Shown here one piece after another: positions 48,960 to 58,153 of a DNA stretch of 64,000 nucleotides. How positions within the stretch are numbered: position 1 is the first letter of the stretch; each line of letters starts with the position of its first letter. The stretch lies in IMG/VR virus record IMGVR_UViG_3300044712_001937, positions 62,001 through 126,000 of that record. One strand, 5' to 3'. A program made the translations under genes and the position numbers. The notes under the pieces were generated by a model that was not told the DNA's origin, did no database searches, and worked only from the letters and a program-made list of their open reading frames with translations.

Positions 48960-49697
48960 ATGTTAATATTGACAAGAAAAAAAGATTATTATGATGGTGT
49001 TGCTGGTTCAACTGGCATTGATAAAACCATTGTATATGAACGAGAAGAAAAGGAACTTACAAATAAAGAAGTTCCAATGTTTTTCGTACATGGAAGTCAT
49101 TCTTGGCAAAAAAATAGAGATTCTGCTTTTATTAATTTCAGATATCATAATTTAAAAAAAGAATTTCAGAAAAAATATCCATTAATGAATTATTTTATTA
49201 TTGGATTTTGTGGGAAACTTTATGTGGGTTGGAAACTTTACTATGAAATTCCACAAGGTTTCTCAATTCCTAATAAATTAATTACTGAAATTACATTTGA
49301 TGAAAGTTATATTACATCAATGATTGACGATAAAAGCGGATGGCGTGGTAAGTTTTCAGATAATTTAAATGAGATTAAAAATTACGATGCTTTAGATATA
49401 TTTAGAAAATATCACACTCCAATATTTGTATTTGATTCGGATTACGATGTTACATACATTTCAAATAATGGAAAATATAGAAACATGAATTCCAAATTCT
49501 TCATAAATCCAACTCTAAATAAATATGAATTTTATAAAATATTTGATTCATTTCAAGCATTTCAAGAAATTCAAATGTTTATGAGTGGTGTGTTAGGTTC
49601 TAATGAAAAAAATATTGTTGAAGTTGAAGATAAATACAAGATTACACAATATGGATTTGATAAATGGAGCTTTAGAAAAGAACCAAGTAAAAAATAA
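48960..49697 (+). CDS. Conserved phage hypothetical protein
   Basis: KKDYYD...FYKIFDSFQAFQEIQMFMSGVL...KITQYGFDKWSFRK; TAAATTTG promoter element upstream. Confidence 0.65.
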   Translation: MLILTRKKDYYDGVAGSTGIDKTIVYEREEKELTNKEVPMFFVHGSHSWQKNRDSAFINFRYHNLKKEFQKKYPLMNYFIIGFCGKLYVGWKLYYEIPQGFSIPNKLITEITFDESYITSMIDDKSGWRGKFSDNLNEIKNYDALDIFRKYHTPIFVFDSDYDVTYISNNGKYRNMNSKFFINPTLNKYEFYKIFDSFQAFQEIQMFMSGVLGSNEKNIVEVEDKYKITQYGFDKWSFRKEPSKK

Positions 49698-49700
49698 ATA

Positions 49701-49976
49701 ATGAATATGGAAGTTAAAAAAATATTAATAATACCTGCCAGATTTGTTGAAAAAACTGAAGAAGGTAAATATATTATTGATGTTTTATTACAAAATAAGC
49801 ATAAATCTATAACTGAAAGGAGATTGTTTGATGAATATTCTCTTAAAGGTATTGATAATCCTAATTTATTATTTATTGGTATTTTAACTGGAGTTGGTGT
49901 TATGCAATGTAATTTCATGGATGCTAATGACTATGAAGATTTATTTAAGAAAAAATGGAATGTATTATTAAAATAA
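49701..49976 (+). CDS. Hypothetical protein
   Basis: 91-aa ORF. Confidence 0.55.
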   Translation: MNMEVKKILIIPARFVEKTEEGKYIIDVLLQNKHKSITERRLFDEYSLKGIDNPNLLFIGILTGVGVMQCNFMDANDYEDLFKKKWNVLLK

Positions 49977-49991
49977 GTTCTTTAACATAAT

Positions 49992-50350
49992 GGGGGTGAC
50001 TGGCTTTGATTTCAGGTAGGGCGGTAACGTAAGCAAGTAGTAGTTGAATCGGACTACTCTAAAAAGGTTCAAAACAATAAATGCAGAAGACATTATGTCT
50101 ATTCCAACTTCCTTGACAAAAGGAAAAAGCGTATTCGCACAGAGTGCTGAACTTGCAATAGCAGCTTAAGGAAACAATAAACGGCAAAAGCATGTAAACA
50201 TGTGAGGTTTGAGATACCTTTAAATAATCACTCTGGTTTTTTTGTTTTCCATAATAACTTAATATTTTGTTGATTTAGAAAAATCAAATAAACTTGTAGA
50301 AAGCTTATTAAACACAGGAAAGACGAGGGGTTCGATACCCTCCACCTCCA
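49992..50350 (+). ncRNA. ssrA: tmRNA with tag (A)AEDIMSIPTSLTKGKSVFAQSAELAIAA
   Basis: 5' GGGGGTGACTGG pairs with 3' CACCTCCA; T-arm GGTTCGATACCC; internal ORF 50083-50169 ending LAIAA-stop. Confidence 0.93.
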
Positions 50351-50396
50351 CAAACTTTTTTCTATCTCCATAGTATTTATATGAAAATGTAATACT

Positions 50397-50951
50397 ATGG
50401 GAGATTGGAAAAAAAATAGGAAAACAGTAGCCACAATATGTAAAACGTGTAGTAAAACTTTTGAAAAAATAAAAACTGAATATAATAGAACAGAAAAATT
50501 AGGTAAAAATCATTATTGTAGTAGAAATTGTTGTGGAAAAGACAATATAAAAAAAACTATGGGTGAATGGTTTGGAAATGGTAATACATCTCATTTAAAA
50601 AATATTATAAGAAGTGATGAATTTACTGGATTTAGAGAATTTCTTAGGAGAGCAAGAAATAGAGATAAATTAGGTGATTTAACTTTAGAAGATATTAAAG
50701 AAACGTGGAATAATCAAAATGGTATTTGTCCATATACTGGAATTAAATTAACATTACCTACATATAGTAGAAATAAAAAAAATGTTTTTCAAGAATTAGC
50801 ATCATTGGATAGAATTGATTCTAACAAACCTTATGAAAAAGGAAATATTGTGTTTGTATGTGCATCAATTAATTTAATGAAAAATTCAATGACTGAAGAA
50901 GAAACTATTGCATTTTGTAAAAAAATTGCTTTATTTTGGTATAATAAATAA
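50397..50951 (+). CDS. HNH-like homing endonuclease immediately after tmRNA
   Basis: CPYTG...LASLDRIDSNKPYEKGNIVFVCASINLMK; late motif 50373-50381. Confidence 0.75.
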   Translation: MGDWKKNRKTVATICKTCSKTFEKIKTEYNRTEKLGKNHYCSRNCCGKDNIKKTMGEWFGNGNTSHLKNIIRSDEFTGFREFLRRARNRDKLGDLTLEDIKETWNNQNGICPYTGIKLTLPTYSRNKKNVFQELASLDRIDSNKPYEKGNIVFVCASINLMKNSMTEEETIAFCKKIALFWYNK

Positions 50952-51399
50952 TCAATCGATTATGGATATTGAAAAATTTAAAAAACATTTGGATGAATGG
51001 ATTGAATCTCCAAGTGGTAAAGCTTATATTGAAAAAGAACGAAAGGAATATGAACTAAAAATTCAAAGATATAATAGTTTTACTGATTGGCTTAAAACAA
51101 ATAGTTTTGATAATTTATTGTATCGTTTAATTATTAAACACGATGAAGAATATAGAGCTAAATGTTATGAAAATGGTTATGAACCATATCCAAATCATGT
51201 TTTACAATTTATTATTGATTATGCTTTTACTTTCGGCAAAAAAGTGAATAAAAAAATCATTAAAAAAAATAAACTCGATTCAGATTTTCCATATGATATT
51301 ACAGAATTTGAAGGTTTTTATTTTCAAATTATATATGGACAGGGTAGTATTGTTAGAATTTATAATCGAGATGATACAAGATTATTGTTGCAAATATAA
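50908..51399 (+). CDS. Hypothetical protein
   Basis: ORF in operon; probable start MDIEKF. Confidence 0.55.
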   Translation: MHFVKKLLYFGIINNQSIMDIEKFKKHLDEWIESPSGKAYIEKERKEYELKIQRYNSFTDWLKTNSFDNLLYRLIIKHDEEYRAKCYENGYEPYPNHVLQFIIDYAFTFGKKVNKKIIKKNKLDSDFPYDITEFEGFYFQIIYGQGSIVRIYNRDDTRLLLQI

Positions 51400-51635
51400 T
51401 GTCAAATAAAAAAAGAAATAAAGCTATTCGTGCAAAATACGAATTAGAAAAAGAAAAAAAAGAACATCCTGACTGGTGTTATTGTGATGAACCAGATTAT
51501 GATTTTAATTCTCCAATTGGAAAAACTGAACCAATTGATGGTTTTCCGTATTGGAATTCTGAAAATTATACTCAGGATATTTTTTTATGTAAAAAGTGTT
51601 TAAAAAAACATGTAATAAAAATAGTATTTGCATAA
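51399..51635 (+). CDS. Small Cys-containing protein
   Basis: CYC and CKKC motifs. Confidence 0.5.
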   Translation: MSNKKRNKAIRAKYELEKEKKEHPDWCYCDEPDYDFNSPIGKTEPIDGFPYWNSENYTQDIFLCKKCLKKHVIKIVFA

Positions 51636-51638
51636 TTT

Positions 51639-51724
51639 GGCGAAGTGATGGAACTGGTAGACATGCAGGACTTAAAATCCTGTGGTCAGTAATGACCGTG
51701 TGGGTTCGACTCCCATCTTCGCTA
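51639..51724 (+). tRNA. tRNA-Leu(UAA)
   Basis: GGCGAAG/CTTCGCT; CAGGA-CTTAAAA-TCCTG. Confidence 0.92.
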
Positions 51725-52021
51725 CAAATAAAATTTTAATAGTATTTATGAAAAATAAATTATCTGAACCACCAAAACCTCCTTTATGTAGGATAATAAG
51801 AGAAGGATGTACTCATTTTTGTAATAAATGTCATTCATCGACACCAAGAAGATGGGTTTTGATTGGTAAAAGATATTGTTTAAATCCTGATTGTCAAAAT
51901 TCATATGGCTATAAAGAAAAAGAGTAATAATGATTGTGGATGTGGTAAACCAGTTAAAGTTACTGACTCAAGTAATAAAAAAAGTAATTTTAAAAAAATT
52001 ATACCAAAAAAATGAAAAAAT

Positions 52022-52102
52022 GTTCTCGTGATGGAATGGTAGACTTGGCAGTTTCAAAAATTGTTGCTGAAAAGCGTGTGGGTTCGAGTCCCACCGGGAA
52101 TA
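52022..52102 (+). tRNA. tRNA-Leu(CAA)
   Basis: GTTCTCG/CGGGAAT; loop TTCAAAA; class II arm. Confidence 0.82.
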
Positions 52103-52185
52103 CAAAAATAAAATTTATTATTCTCAGTAAAGAAGAAGTTGAGAATGATAGAAGTAAAGCTTATAAATATTTAATTTAAATTTTT

Positions 52186-52428
52186 ATGAAAATTCACTAT
52201 AATCCATACGTTAATAATGATGAAGAAGATTATCCTGAATTTGCTTTATGTGGAACATTAATGCCTCAAGATGGTGGAAATGAAACTAATGATGAAAAAT
52301 TTGTGACATGTAAAAAATGTTTAAAATCAATAAAAAAAATTAATAATTGGAGAGATGAAACTGAAAAATATATATTAAATGATATGCAAGGTTTCGTTGA
52401 TTTTCAAAATAAAAATAATTTAATATGA
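52186..52428 (+). CDS. Small zinc-binding protein
   Basis: ALCG...VTCKKC. Confidence 0.55.
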   Translation: MKIHYNPYVNNDEEDYPEFALCGTLMPQDGGNETNDEKFVTCKKCLKSIKKINNWRDETEKYILNDMQGFVDFQNKNNLI

Positions 52429-52477
52429 AAAAAATCTTTGAATTCTTGTAGGTACGCTCTAATGCGACCACAAGAAT

Positions 52478-52780
52478 ATGGGTGGATTAAAAGAAATTGT
52501 AAAATCAACCACAAATCGTGGTGAGTTCAATCGTGCATATAAAATGCATTTAGAACATTCCGGAAAAATTCATTGTTCCAGATGTGGTTATCATCGTGGT
52601 GAAAACGAAGATAATAATTATTATGGAGGTTATAAAAAAACTAATGGTCATTGGAGTATAACATACCCAAATTGGAAATTAGTATCTAAACAACCAAAAC
52701 AATGGATGAAAAAACCAATCAATATTGTGTATGAAACAAGACACAATCGTGAATATGTTGAGATTAAATTCTCAACATAA
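52478..52780 (+). CDS. Hypothetical protein
   Basis: 100-aa ORF with CSRC motif. Confidence 0.55.
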   Translation: MGGLKEIVKSTTNRGEFNRAYKMHLEHSGKIHCSRCGYHRGENEDNNYYGGYKKTNGHWSITYPNWKLVSKQPKQWMKKPINIVYETRHNREYVEIKFST

Positions 52781-52784
52781 ACAT

Positions 52785-52855
52785 TGCGATATCGTCTAAT
52801 GGTAGGACACCTCTCTCATAAGGAGTGAATTGCAGTTCGATTCTGCATATCGCAA
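52785..52855 (+). tRNA. tRNA-Met/Ile2(CAU)
   Basis: TGCGATA/TATCGCA; loop CTCATAA. Confidence 0.82.
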
Positions 52856-52879
52856 CAACATTCCAGCATGTTAAAACAA

Positions 52880-52905
52880 AAAAACCCGGATGATACCGGG
52901 TTTTT
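52880..52905. terminator. Bidirectional terminator
   Basis: AAAAACCCGG-ATGATA-CCGGGTTTTT. Confidence 0.85.
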
Positions 52906-53338
52906 AAAATTTAACGTTACATGTTTTTTCTTTAAAATCGAATTCTAATTCGGAGATATATAACGAACTACCTTTAACTAATGTTGGATTAGCAAGTATA
53001 AATTTCCATTCAAAATCATTTATATTTTTTTGTATATTTTCTTGTACAATTTCATCAGTTTGTTTATCTGTATAATTAACATAAAAAATTCCTTCAACTT
53101 TTTCAACATCAACAATAAAATTTTCAATACCCATTTGGTTAAGCCAAAAGCTTACTTTCCAAGTAACATTAATATCACTACCTACAATATCTGAATCATA
53201 TTGAGAAGAGAAACTACTAAAGCCATAAAAATATGAATTTTGTAATTTTTCTGTAAATGTGAATCTATCATCAGTTAAGGCATAACTTTCATTTAGATAA
53301 TTTTGAATTTCTTCTTTAATAATATGTTGTAAACTCAT
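52904..53338 (-). CDS. Putative internal head protein (IIKEE...LNE leader)
   Basis: MSLQHIIKEEIQNYLNES; late motif 53355-53363. Confidence 0.55.
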   Translation of the reverse strand: MSLQHIIKEEIQNYLNESYALTDDRFTFTEKLQNSYFYGFSSFSSQYDSDIVGSDINVTWKVSFWLNQMGIENFIVDVEKVEGIFYVNYTDKQTDEIVQENIQKNINDFEWKFILANPTLVKGSSLYISELEFDFKEKTCNVKF

Positions 53339-53414
53339 TATATTAATTTTTAAATATAAATACTTTGATTATTATTAAAATTAATTTAATATATTTGTCG
53401 ATATTAATAACATT

Positions 53415-53714
53415 ATGACAAAATTTGCGTATAAGTTATTCAGGAAGAAAAAATGTGGTGATATTACGTCATTATTTATCAATAATACAAGAGTCTTACC
53501 ATTAAATACTTGGATTGAAGCTAAAGGATACCCAACGCCCGGTTTTAAATTTAGACCATTTTGGCATTGTACAGAGCAACCAATTGCACCACATTTAAGT
53601 ATGAAAGGTAGAGTTTGGTTAAAAGTAGAAATGGAAGATTTTGAAGAATTAATAAGACCTGAAAATCAAGGTGGAAAATGGTTTTTAGCTAAAAAAATAA
53701 AAATACTAATATGA
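53415..53714 (+). CDS. Hypothetical protein
   Basis: 99-aa ORF after a TATATTTG promoter element at 53390-53397. Confidence 0.6.
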   Translation: MTKFAYKLFRKKKCGDITSLFINNTRVLPLNTWIEAKGYPTPGFKFRPFWHCTEQPIAPHLSMKGRVWLKVEMEDFEELIRPENQGGKWFLAKKIKILI

Positions 53715-54730
53715 TTAAGAAAGAAGAAATTACAGTAAACAAGTCGCATTGGGAAAATATGAATAGTGATGAATTGGAAATATTTGCAAATAAAATATTT
53801 CAATACTATCGTGAAAATGGTTTTCCATATTTTCCTACTGACATTGAAAGTAGGATGAAAGATTTTAACACATTAAAGAAATTTGATTTTTCAAATATTA
53901 TTCAAGATGATGTTGTTAATCAAACAATGCATGGTTTAGGTCTGGCTTGGTCATATTTTCCACATGCTTTTGAAGTGAAATGTGGTAATAAAATGACTCC
54001 TTATGAAGCATTTATAGATGATGAAATATTTATGAGAGTAATACGGAGAAGATTAAAAATGGGTACATATATTAGTGATTCTGGAATTAGAAAAATGTTG
54101 AAATTATTTAGTAATGTTCAAAGTGTTTCCAATTTTAGACCTACTGCAGCAGCAGCTATATATAACACTTTTGCAAAAAACGGTGTGGTTTGGGATATGT
54201 CTGGTGGTTGGGGTGGTAGATTACTTGGTGCAATTGTAAGTAATGTTGGAAAATATATTGCAACTGAACCATCTACTAAAACATACGAAGGATTAAGAAA
54301 ATTAGGTGAAGATTTTGGAAAAGAAAATAAATGGGAAATATATCCTGTTGGTAGTGAAGATTTTTTACCAATTGCAAATTCTTTAGATTTGTGTTTTACA
54401 TCTCCACCATATTTTAACCAAGAAAAATATGCAGATGAGCCAACTCAAAGTTATATTAAATATCCTACTCGTGAAGAATGGATTGAAGGATTTTTAATTA
54501 AAACATTTGAGAATTGTCATTGGGGATTAAAGGATGATGGTTTGATGATTATTAATATTGCTGATGTAATAGGTAGAAATAGTATAAAATTAGAAGAAGA
54601 TACTATCAAATCTGCTGAAAAAGCAGGATTTAAATTAAGGAAAAAATTCTATCTTGCATTATCGAATGTTAATATGAGAAATAAAGAAAATAAACATAAA
54701 TTTGAACCGATGTTCTTATTTACTAAATAA
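53711..54730 (+). CDS. SAM-dependent DNA amino-methyltransferase-like protein
   Basis: WDMSGGWGGRLLGA (motif I) and FTSPPYF (motif IV). Confidence 0.82.
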   Translation: MIKKEEITVNKSHWENMNSDELEIFANKIFQYYRENGFPYFPTDIESRMKDFNTLKKFDFSNIIQDDVVNQTMHGLGLAWSYFPHAFEVKCGNKMTPYEAFIDDEIFMRVIRRRLKMGTYISDSGIRKMLKLFSNVQSVSNFRPTAAAAIYNTFAKNGVVWDMSGGWGGRLLGAIVSNVGKYIATEPSTKTYEGLRKLGEDFGKENKWEIYPVGSEDFLPIANSLDLCFTSPPYFNQEKYADEPTQSYIKYPTREEWIEGFLIKTFENCHWGLKDDGLMIINIADVIGRNSIKLEEDTIKSAEKAGFKLRKKFYLALSNVNMRNKENKHKFEPMFLFTK

Positions 54731-54788
54731 ATTATGAAAATTTTGGGGTAATTTTACATTACTTGGTATTTATAATAAAATATTGATT

Positions 54789-55559
54789 ATGAGTATTGGT
54801 ATATATAAAATTACAAATCCTAAAGGAAAAATTTATATTGGACAAAGTATAAATCTTGAAAAAAGAATTAATGATTATAAATATTTGAATTATTCAAAAA
54901 ATCAATATAAATTATATAATTCATTTCAAAAATATGGTATTGATTCACATATTTTTGAAATAATAGAAATTTGTGAAATTCATAATTTAAACAATAGAGA
55001 AAGATATTGGCAGGATTTTTATGATGTTTTACATAATGGTCTTAATTTAATATTAACGACCAATGATAATTGTTTACCAATTGTTTCTAAAGAAACTAAA
55101 GAAAAAATAAAAAAAAGTCTTAATAATTATTTTATTAAATTAGGTACTTTAAAAAGAAATGAAATTTATGGAAAAAGCAGTCGTAAACGAAAAGGATGTA
55201 TAGGATTAAAAGGACGTGTTATTTCTGATGAAACTAAAAGAAAAATAAGTATTGCAAAAAAAGGACATATAGTTTCTGACGATACTAAACTAAAAATTAA
55301 AAACAAAATGATTGGTAGAGAAATTTCATGGAGTAAAAAAATTGGTGATAGTAATCGTGGAAAAAGTAAAAATAAAGGAAAACACTGTAAACCAATAATT
55401 CAATTAAATAAAAATGGAGAAATTTTAAATAAATGGAAAAGTATTTCTCAAGCATCAATTGAAACAAAAATTCCATTTAATTCAATATCTAATTGTTTAA
55501 CTGGTTATTGTAAAACATCAAGAGGTTTTATTTGGAAATATGATAATAATATAGAATAA
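54789..55559 (+). CDS. GIY-YIG homing endonuclease with NUMOD repeats
   Basis: MSIGIYKITNPKGKIYIGQS; NUMOD3-like SDETKRKIS; GFIWKY; late motif 54766-54774. Confidence 0.9.
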   Translation: MSIGIYKITNPKGKIYIGQSINLEKRINDYKYLNYSKNQYKLYNSFQKYGIDSHIFEIIEICEIHNLNNRERYWQDFYDVLHNGLNLILTTNDNCLPIVSKETKEKIKKSLNNYFIKLGTLKRNEIYGKSSRKRKGCIGLKGRVISDETKRKISIAKKGHIVSDDTKLKIKNKMIGREISWSKKIGDSNRGKSKNKGKHCKPIIQLNKNGEILNKWKSISQASIETKIPFNSISNCLTGYCKTSRGFIWKYDNNIE

Positions 55560-56608
55560 TGAATAAAGAATTAAATATATTGCATGAACAAGGTTTATTG
55601 CAAAAACAAGTTCATCCTAATTATAAATTAATTATTTGGAATTATACTCCAAAAGTTAGTTATGAAAAATTATGGAAAACTAATGATTTATTATTAAAAT
55701 GTCGAGGTTTAGTGACTGATTTTCAAGGAAATATAATTGCTAATTGTATTCCTAAATTCTTTAACTATGAAGAATTAAATTATAATGATATTCCTAACGA
55801 ACCTTTTGAATTTACAGATAAAATGGATGGTTCTTATATTAATTTTTTTAATTATAATGGTAATTGGATTTTTTCCTCACGAGGTTCATTTTCATCAGAA
55901 CAAGCTATATTAGCTAATAAAATATTTAATGAAAAATATTTTAATAAAGTAATATTAAATCCAGAATATAATTATATTATGGAATTAATAGGAATTGATA
56001 ACAGAATTGTTATTTATTACCCTAATAATGATTTAGTTTTATTAACTTGTTTTTCAAAAGAAAATAAAGAAATTAATATATATTCTGAAGAATTTAATGG
56101 GTTTAATAAGGTTAAAAAATATGATGGAATAATTGATTATAAAAAAATAAAAGCATTAATTTCTGACGATACTGAAGGATATGTTATTCGTTTTAAAAAT
56201 GGATTTAGAATGAAAATTAAAGGAGATGAATATTGTAGATTACATTCGATAATAACTAATGTTTCGAATATTGTAATTTGGAAACATATGAAAGATGGTT
56301 TACCTTTTGAAGAATTGCTTGATAGAGTTCCGGATGAATTTTATAATTGGGTACTTAAAACTAAAAATGAATTAGAAGATAATTATTATGCCATTGAATG
56401 TCCATTATTAAAAGAATTTGTAGAAATATATTATTTTAATGGTAGTTATAATCGCACAAAATTTGCTAAAGCAGTTTTAGAATCTAAATCTAAACATAAA
56501 TCTATATTATTCTCCTTATTTGATAATAAAAAATATAATCAAGTAATTTGGAAAGCAATTAGACCTACATTTAGTAAGCCATTTCGAGATGGTTATGATA
56601 CGGATTAA
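55559..56608 (+). CDS. T4 Rnl1-family RNA ligase
   Basis: CRGLV...IPKFFNY, KMDGS (motif I), ELIG, EGYVIRF, MKIKGDEY. Confidence 0.85.
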   Translation: MNKELNILHEQGLLQKQVHPNYKLIIWNYTPKVSYEKLWKTNDLLLKCRGLVTDFQGNIIANCIPKFFNYEELNYNDIPNEPFEFTDKMDGSYINFFNYNGNWIFSSRGSFSSEQAILANKIFNEKYFNKVILNPEYNYIMELIGIDNRIVIYYPNNDLVLLTCFSKENKEINIYSEEFNGFNKVKKYDGIIDYKKIKALISDDTEGYVIRFKNGFRMKIKGDEYCRLHSIITNVSNIVIWKHMKDGLPFEELLDRVPDEFYNWVLKTKNELEDNYYAIECPLLKEFVEIYYFNGSYNRTKFAKAVLESKSKHKSILFSLFDNKKYNQVIWKAIRPTFSKPFRDGYDTD

Positions 56609-56613
56609 TTGAT

Positions 56614-56642
56614 AAAAGCGAAGGTTTCTTCGCTTTTTTTTT
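56614..56642 (+). terminator. Intrinsic terminator
   Basis: AAAAGCGAAG-GTTT-CTTCGC-T run. Confidence 0.85.
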
Positions 56643-56667
56643 GTATTTATAATAAAACAATATAGAT

Positions 56668-57474
56668 ATGAAAATAATTAAATTTTTGAAGAAAATTTTT
56701 CCGTTCTTCTTTAAGAAGAAAAAAATAATTAATGTAAAATTTGGATGGAAAAAAGATGATTATGACCCAAGAGATTTTAAATTTAAAATTACAACTCCCC
56801 ATGAATTACCTCCAATGGTTGACCTTAGAAACTTATGTCCACCAGTGTATAATCAAGGAAGTGTTGGAAGTTGTACAGCTAATGCACTTGGTGCTGCATT
56901 TCAATTCGAACAAATAAAACAAAAAAAAGAAGATTTTATTCCTTCAAGATTATTCATTTATTATAATGAAAGAGCTATGGAAGGTACTATTAATGAAGAT
57001 GCTGGTGCAATGATTCGTGATGGTATTAAAACAATGGTTAAAGATGGTGTATGTCCTGAAACTATGTGGGAATACATTGAAAATAGATTTAGAACTAAAC
57101 CAAGTGATAATTGTTATAAAGCTGCACTTGATAATCAAGTATTAGAATATTTAAGAATATCACCGTCTTTATATGAAATTAAACATTGTTTAAATGAAGG
57201 TTACCCAATATCTTTCGGATTTTTAATATATCCTTCTTTTATGGATGGTGATGTTGCTCGTACTGGTATAGCTAATATGCCAAAAAATAATGAGAATTAT
57301 ATTGGTGGTCATGCAGTATTAGCTGTCGGATATGATGATAGTAAAGAAGCATTAATTGTTAGGAATAGCTGGGGTGAAAATTGGGGAATTAATGGATATT
57401 TTTATTTACCTTATGGTTATATTACAACTCCCGAATTATCAAATGATTTCTGGACAATTAGATTGGTGGAATAA
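56668..57474 (+). CDS. Papain-like (C1) cysteine peptidase
   Basis: NQGSVGSCTANA, GGHAVLAVGYDD, VRNSWG; late motif 56643-56651. Confidence 0.92.
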   Translation: MKIIKFLKKIFPFFFKKKKIINVKFGWKKDDYDPRDFKFKITTPHELPPMVDLRNLCPPVYNQGSVGSCTANALGAAFQFEQIKQKKEDFIPSRLFIYYNERAMEGTINEDAGAMIRDGIKTMVKDGVCPETMWEYIENRFRTKPSDNCYKAALDNQVLEYLRISPSLYEIKHCLNEGYPISFGFLIYPSFMDGDVARTGIANMPKNNENYIGGHAVLAVGYDDSKEALIVRNSWGENWGINGYFYLPYGYITTPELSNDFWTIRLVE

Positions 57475-57490
57475 AATAAATTAAAAATAT

Positions 57491-57533
57491 TGTAACTTTT
57501 TTTTGGAAGTCTCGTATTTATATCATATATTTG
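57491..57533 (+). promoter_or_regulatory. Overlapping ECF-type and sigma-A promoters of tRNA cluster 3
   Basis: TGTAAC 57491-57496 + N16 + CGTA 57513-57516; TTTG 57502-57505 + TATATTTG 57526-57533. Confidence 0.75.
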
Positions 57534-57619
57534 CAGAGTGAATTTAATGAATTCTGTATTTGACTGTTTTGAATGGCGAGGGTCATTAAATTTAATAACA
57601 AAATAAACAATATAAAGAA

Positions 57620-57709
57620 ATGAGAACATTTGGTACATATTATTACGGTAAAAAATCCTATAAACACCTTATAGGATTCGGGAATTCTATGTCCAAAATG
57701 CAAAGATAA
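57620..57709 (+). CDS. Attenuator leader peptide 3, MRTFGTYYYGKKSYKHLIGFGNSMSKMQR (Tyr/Lys-rich)
   Basis: Manual translation; contains GGATTCGGG complementary to the terminator 5' arm and an 8-bp protector hairpin. Confidence 0.8.
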   Translation: MRTFGTYYYGKKSYKHLIGFGNSMSKMQR

Positions 57710-57736
57710 CAGCAATGATTTTTGCGTAATGAACTG

Positions 57737-57766
57737 AAACCCGAATTCGAAAGATTCGGGTTTTTT
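57737..57766 (+). terminator. Conditional terminator of attenuator 3
   Basis: AAACCCGAAT-TCGAAAG-ATTCGGG-T6. Confidence 0.88.
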
Positions 57767-57780
57767 GTTTTTATATAAAT

Positions 57781-57863
57781 TGTGTAGATGGTAAATTGGC
57801 TAAATCAGAGGCTTGTAACACCTTCGTCATTCGACTATGTAGGTTCGATTCCTACCTGCACAA
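57781..57863 (+). tRNA. tRNA-Tyr(GUA)
   Basis: TGTGTAG/CTGCACA; loop TTGTAAC; class II arm. Confidence 0.8.
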
Positions 57864-57870
57864 CAAATTT

Positions 57871-57943
57871 GACTTCGTGGCGCAATTGGTAGCGCAATAG
57901 GCTTTTAACCTATGGGTTGGGGATTCGACTTCCCCCGGAGTCA
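57871..57943 (+). tRNA. tRNA-Lys(UUU)
   Basis: GACTTCG/CGGAGTC; ATAGG-CTTTTAA-CCTAT. Confidence 0.88.
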
Positions 57944-58003
57944 CGGTAGGAAGACTGTTATAATTTCATAGTTCCAAGTAATGGAAAGCATAGAAATTAA
58001 ATT

Positions 58004-58087
58004 GGGAGTGCGCTAACGCTGGAGAGTTAGGTTTGTCTGTAAAACAAATGTCTTTCGGCTGAGTGGGTTCGAATCCCACTACTCCCA
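58004..58087 (+). tRNA. tRNA-Tyr(GUA)
   Basis: GGGAGTG/TACTCCC; TTTGT-CTGTAAA-ACAAA. Confidence 0.88.
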
Positions 58088-58153
58088 CAAATTTAATATT
58101 AAAATAGGTGTATTATACCTATGTTTAATAGTATTTATATTAAATTTAATATT

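Noticed and set aside
52425-52477. MKKIFEFL mini-ORF ending in TAG inside a hairpin before 52478
   Set aside because: No U-tract terminator or matching tRNAs; more likely translational coupling or chance, with too little support.
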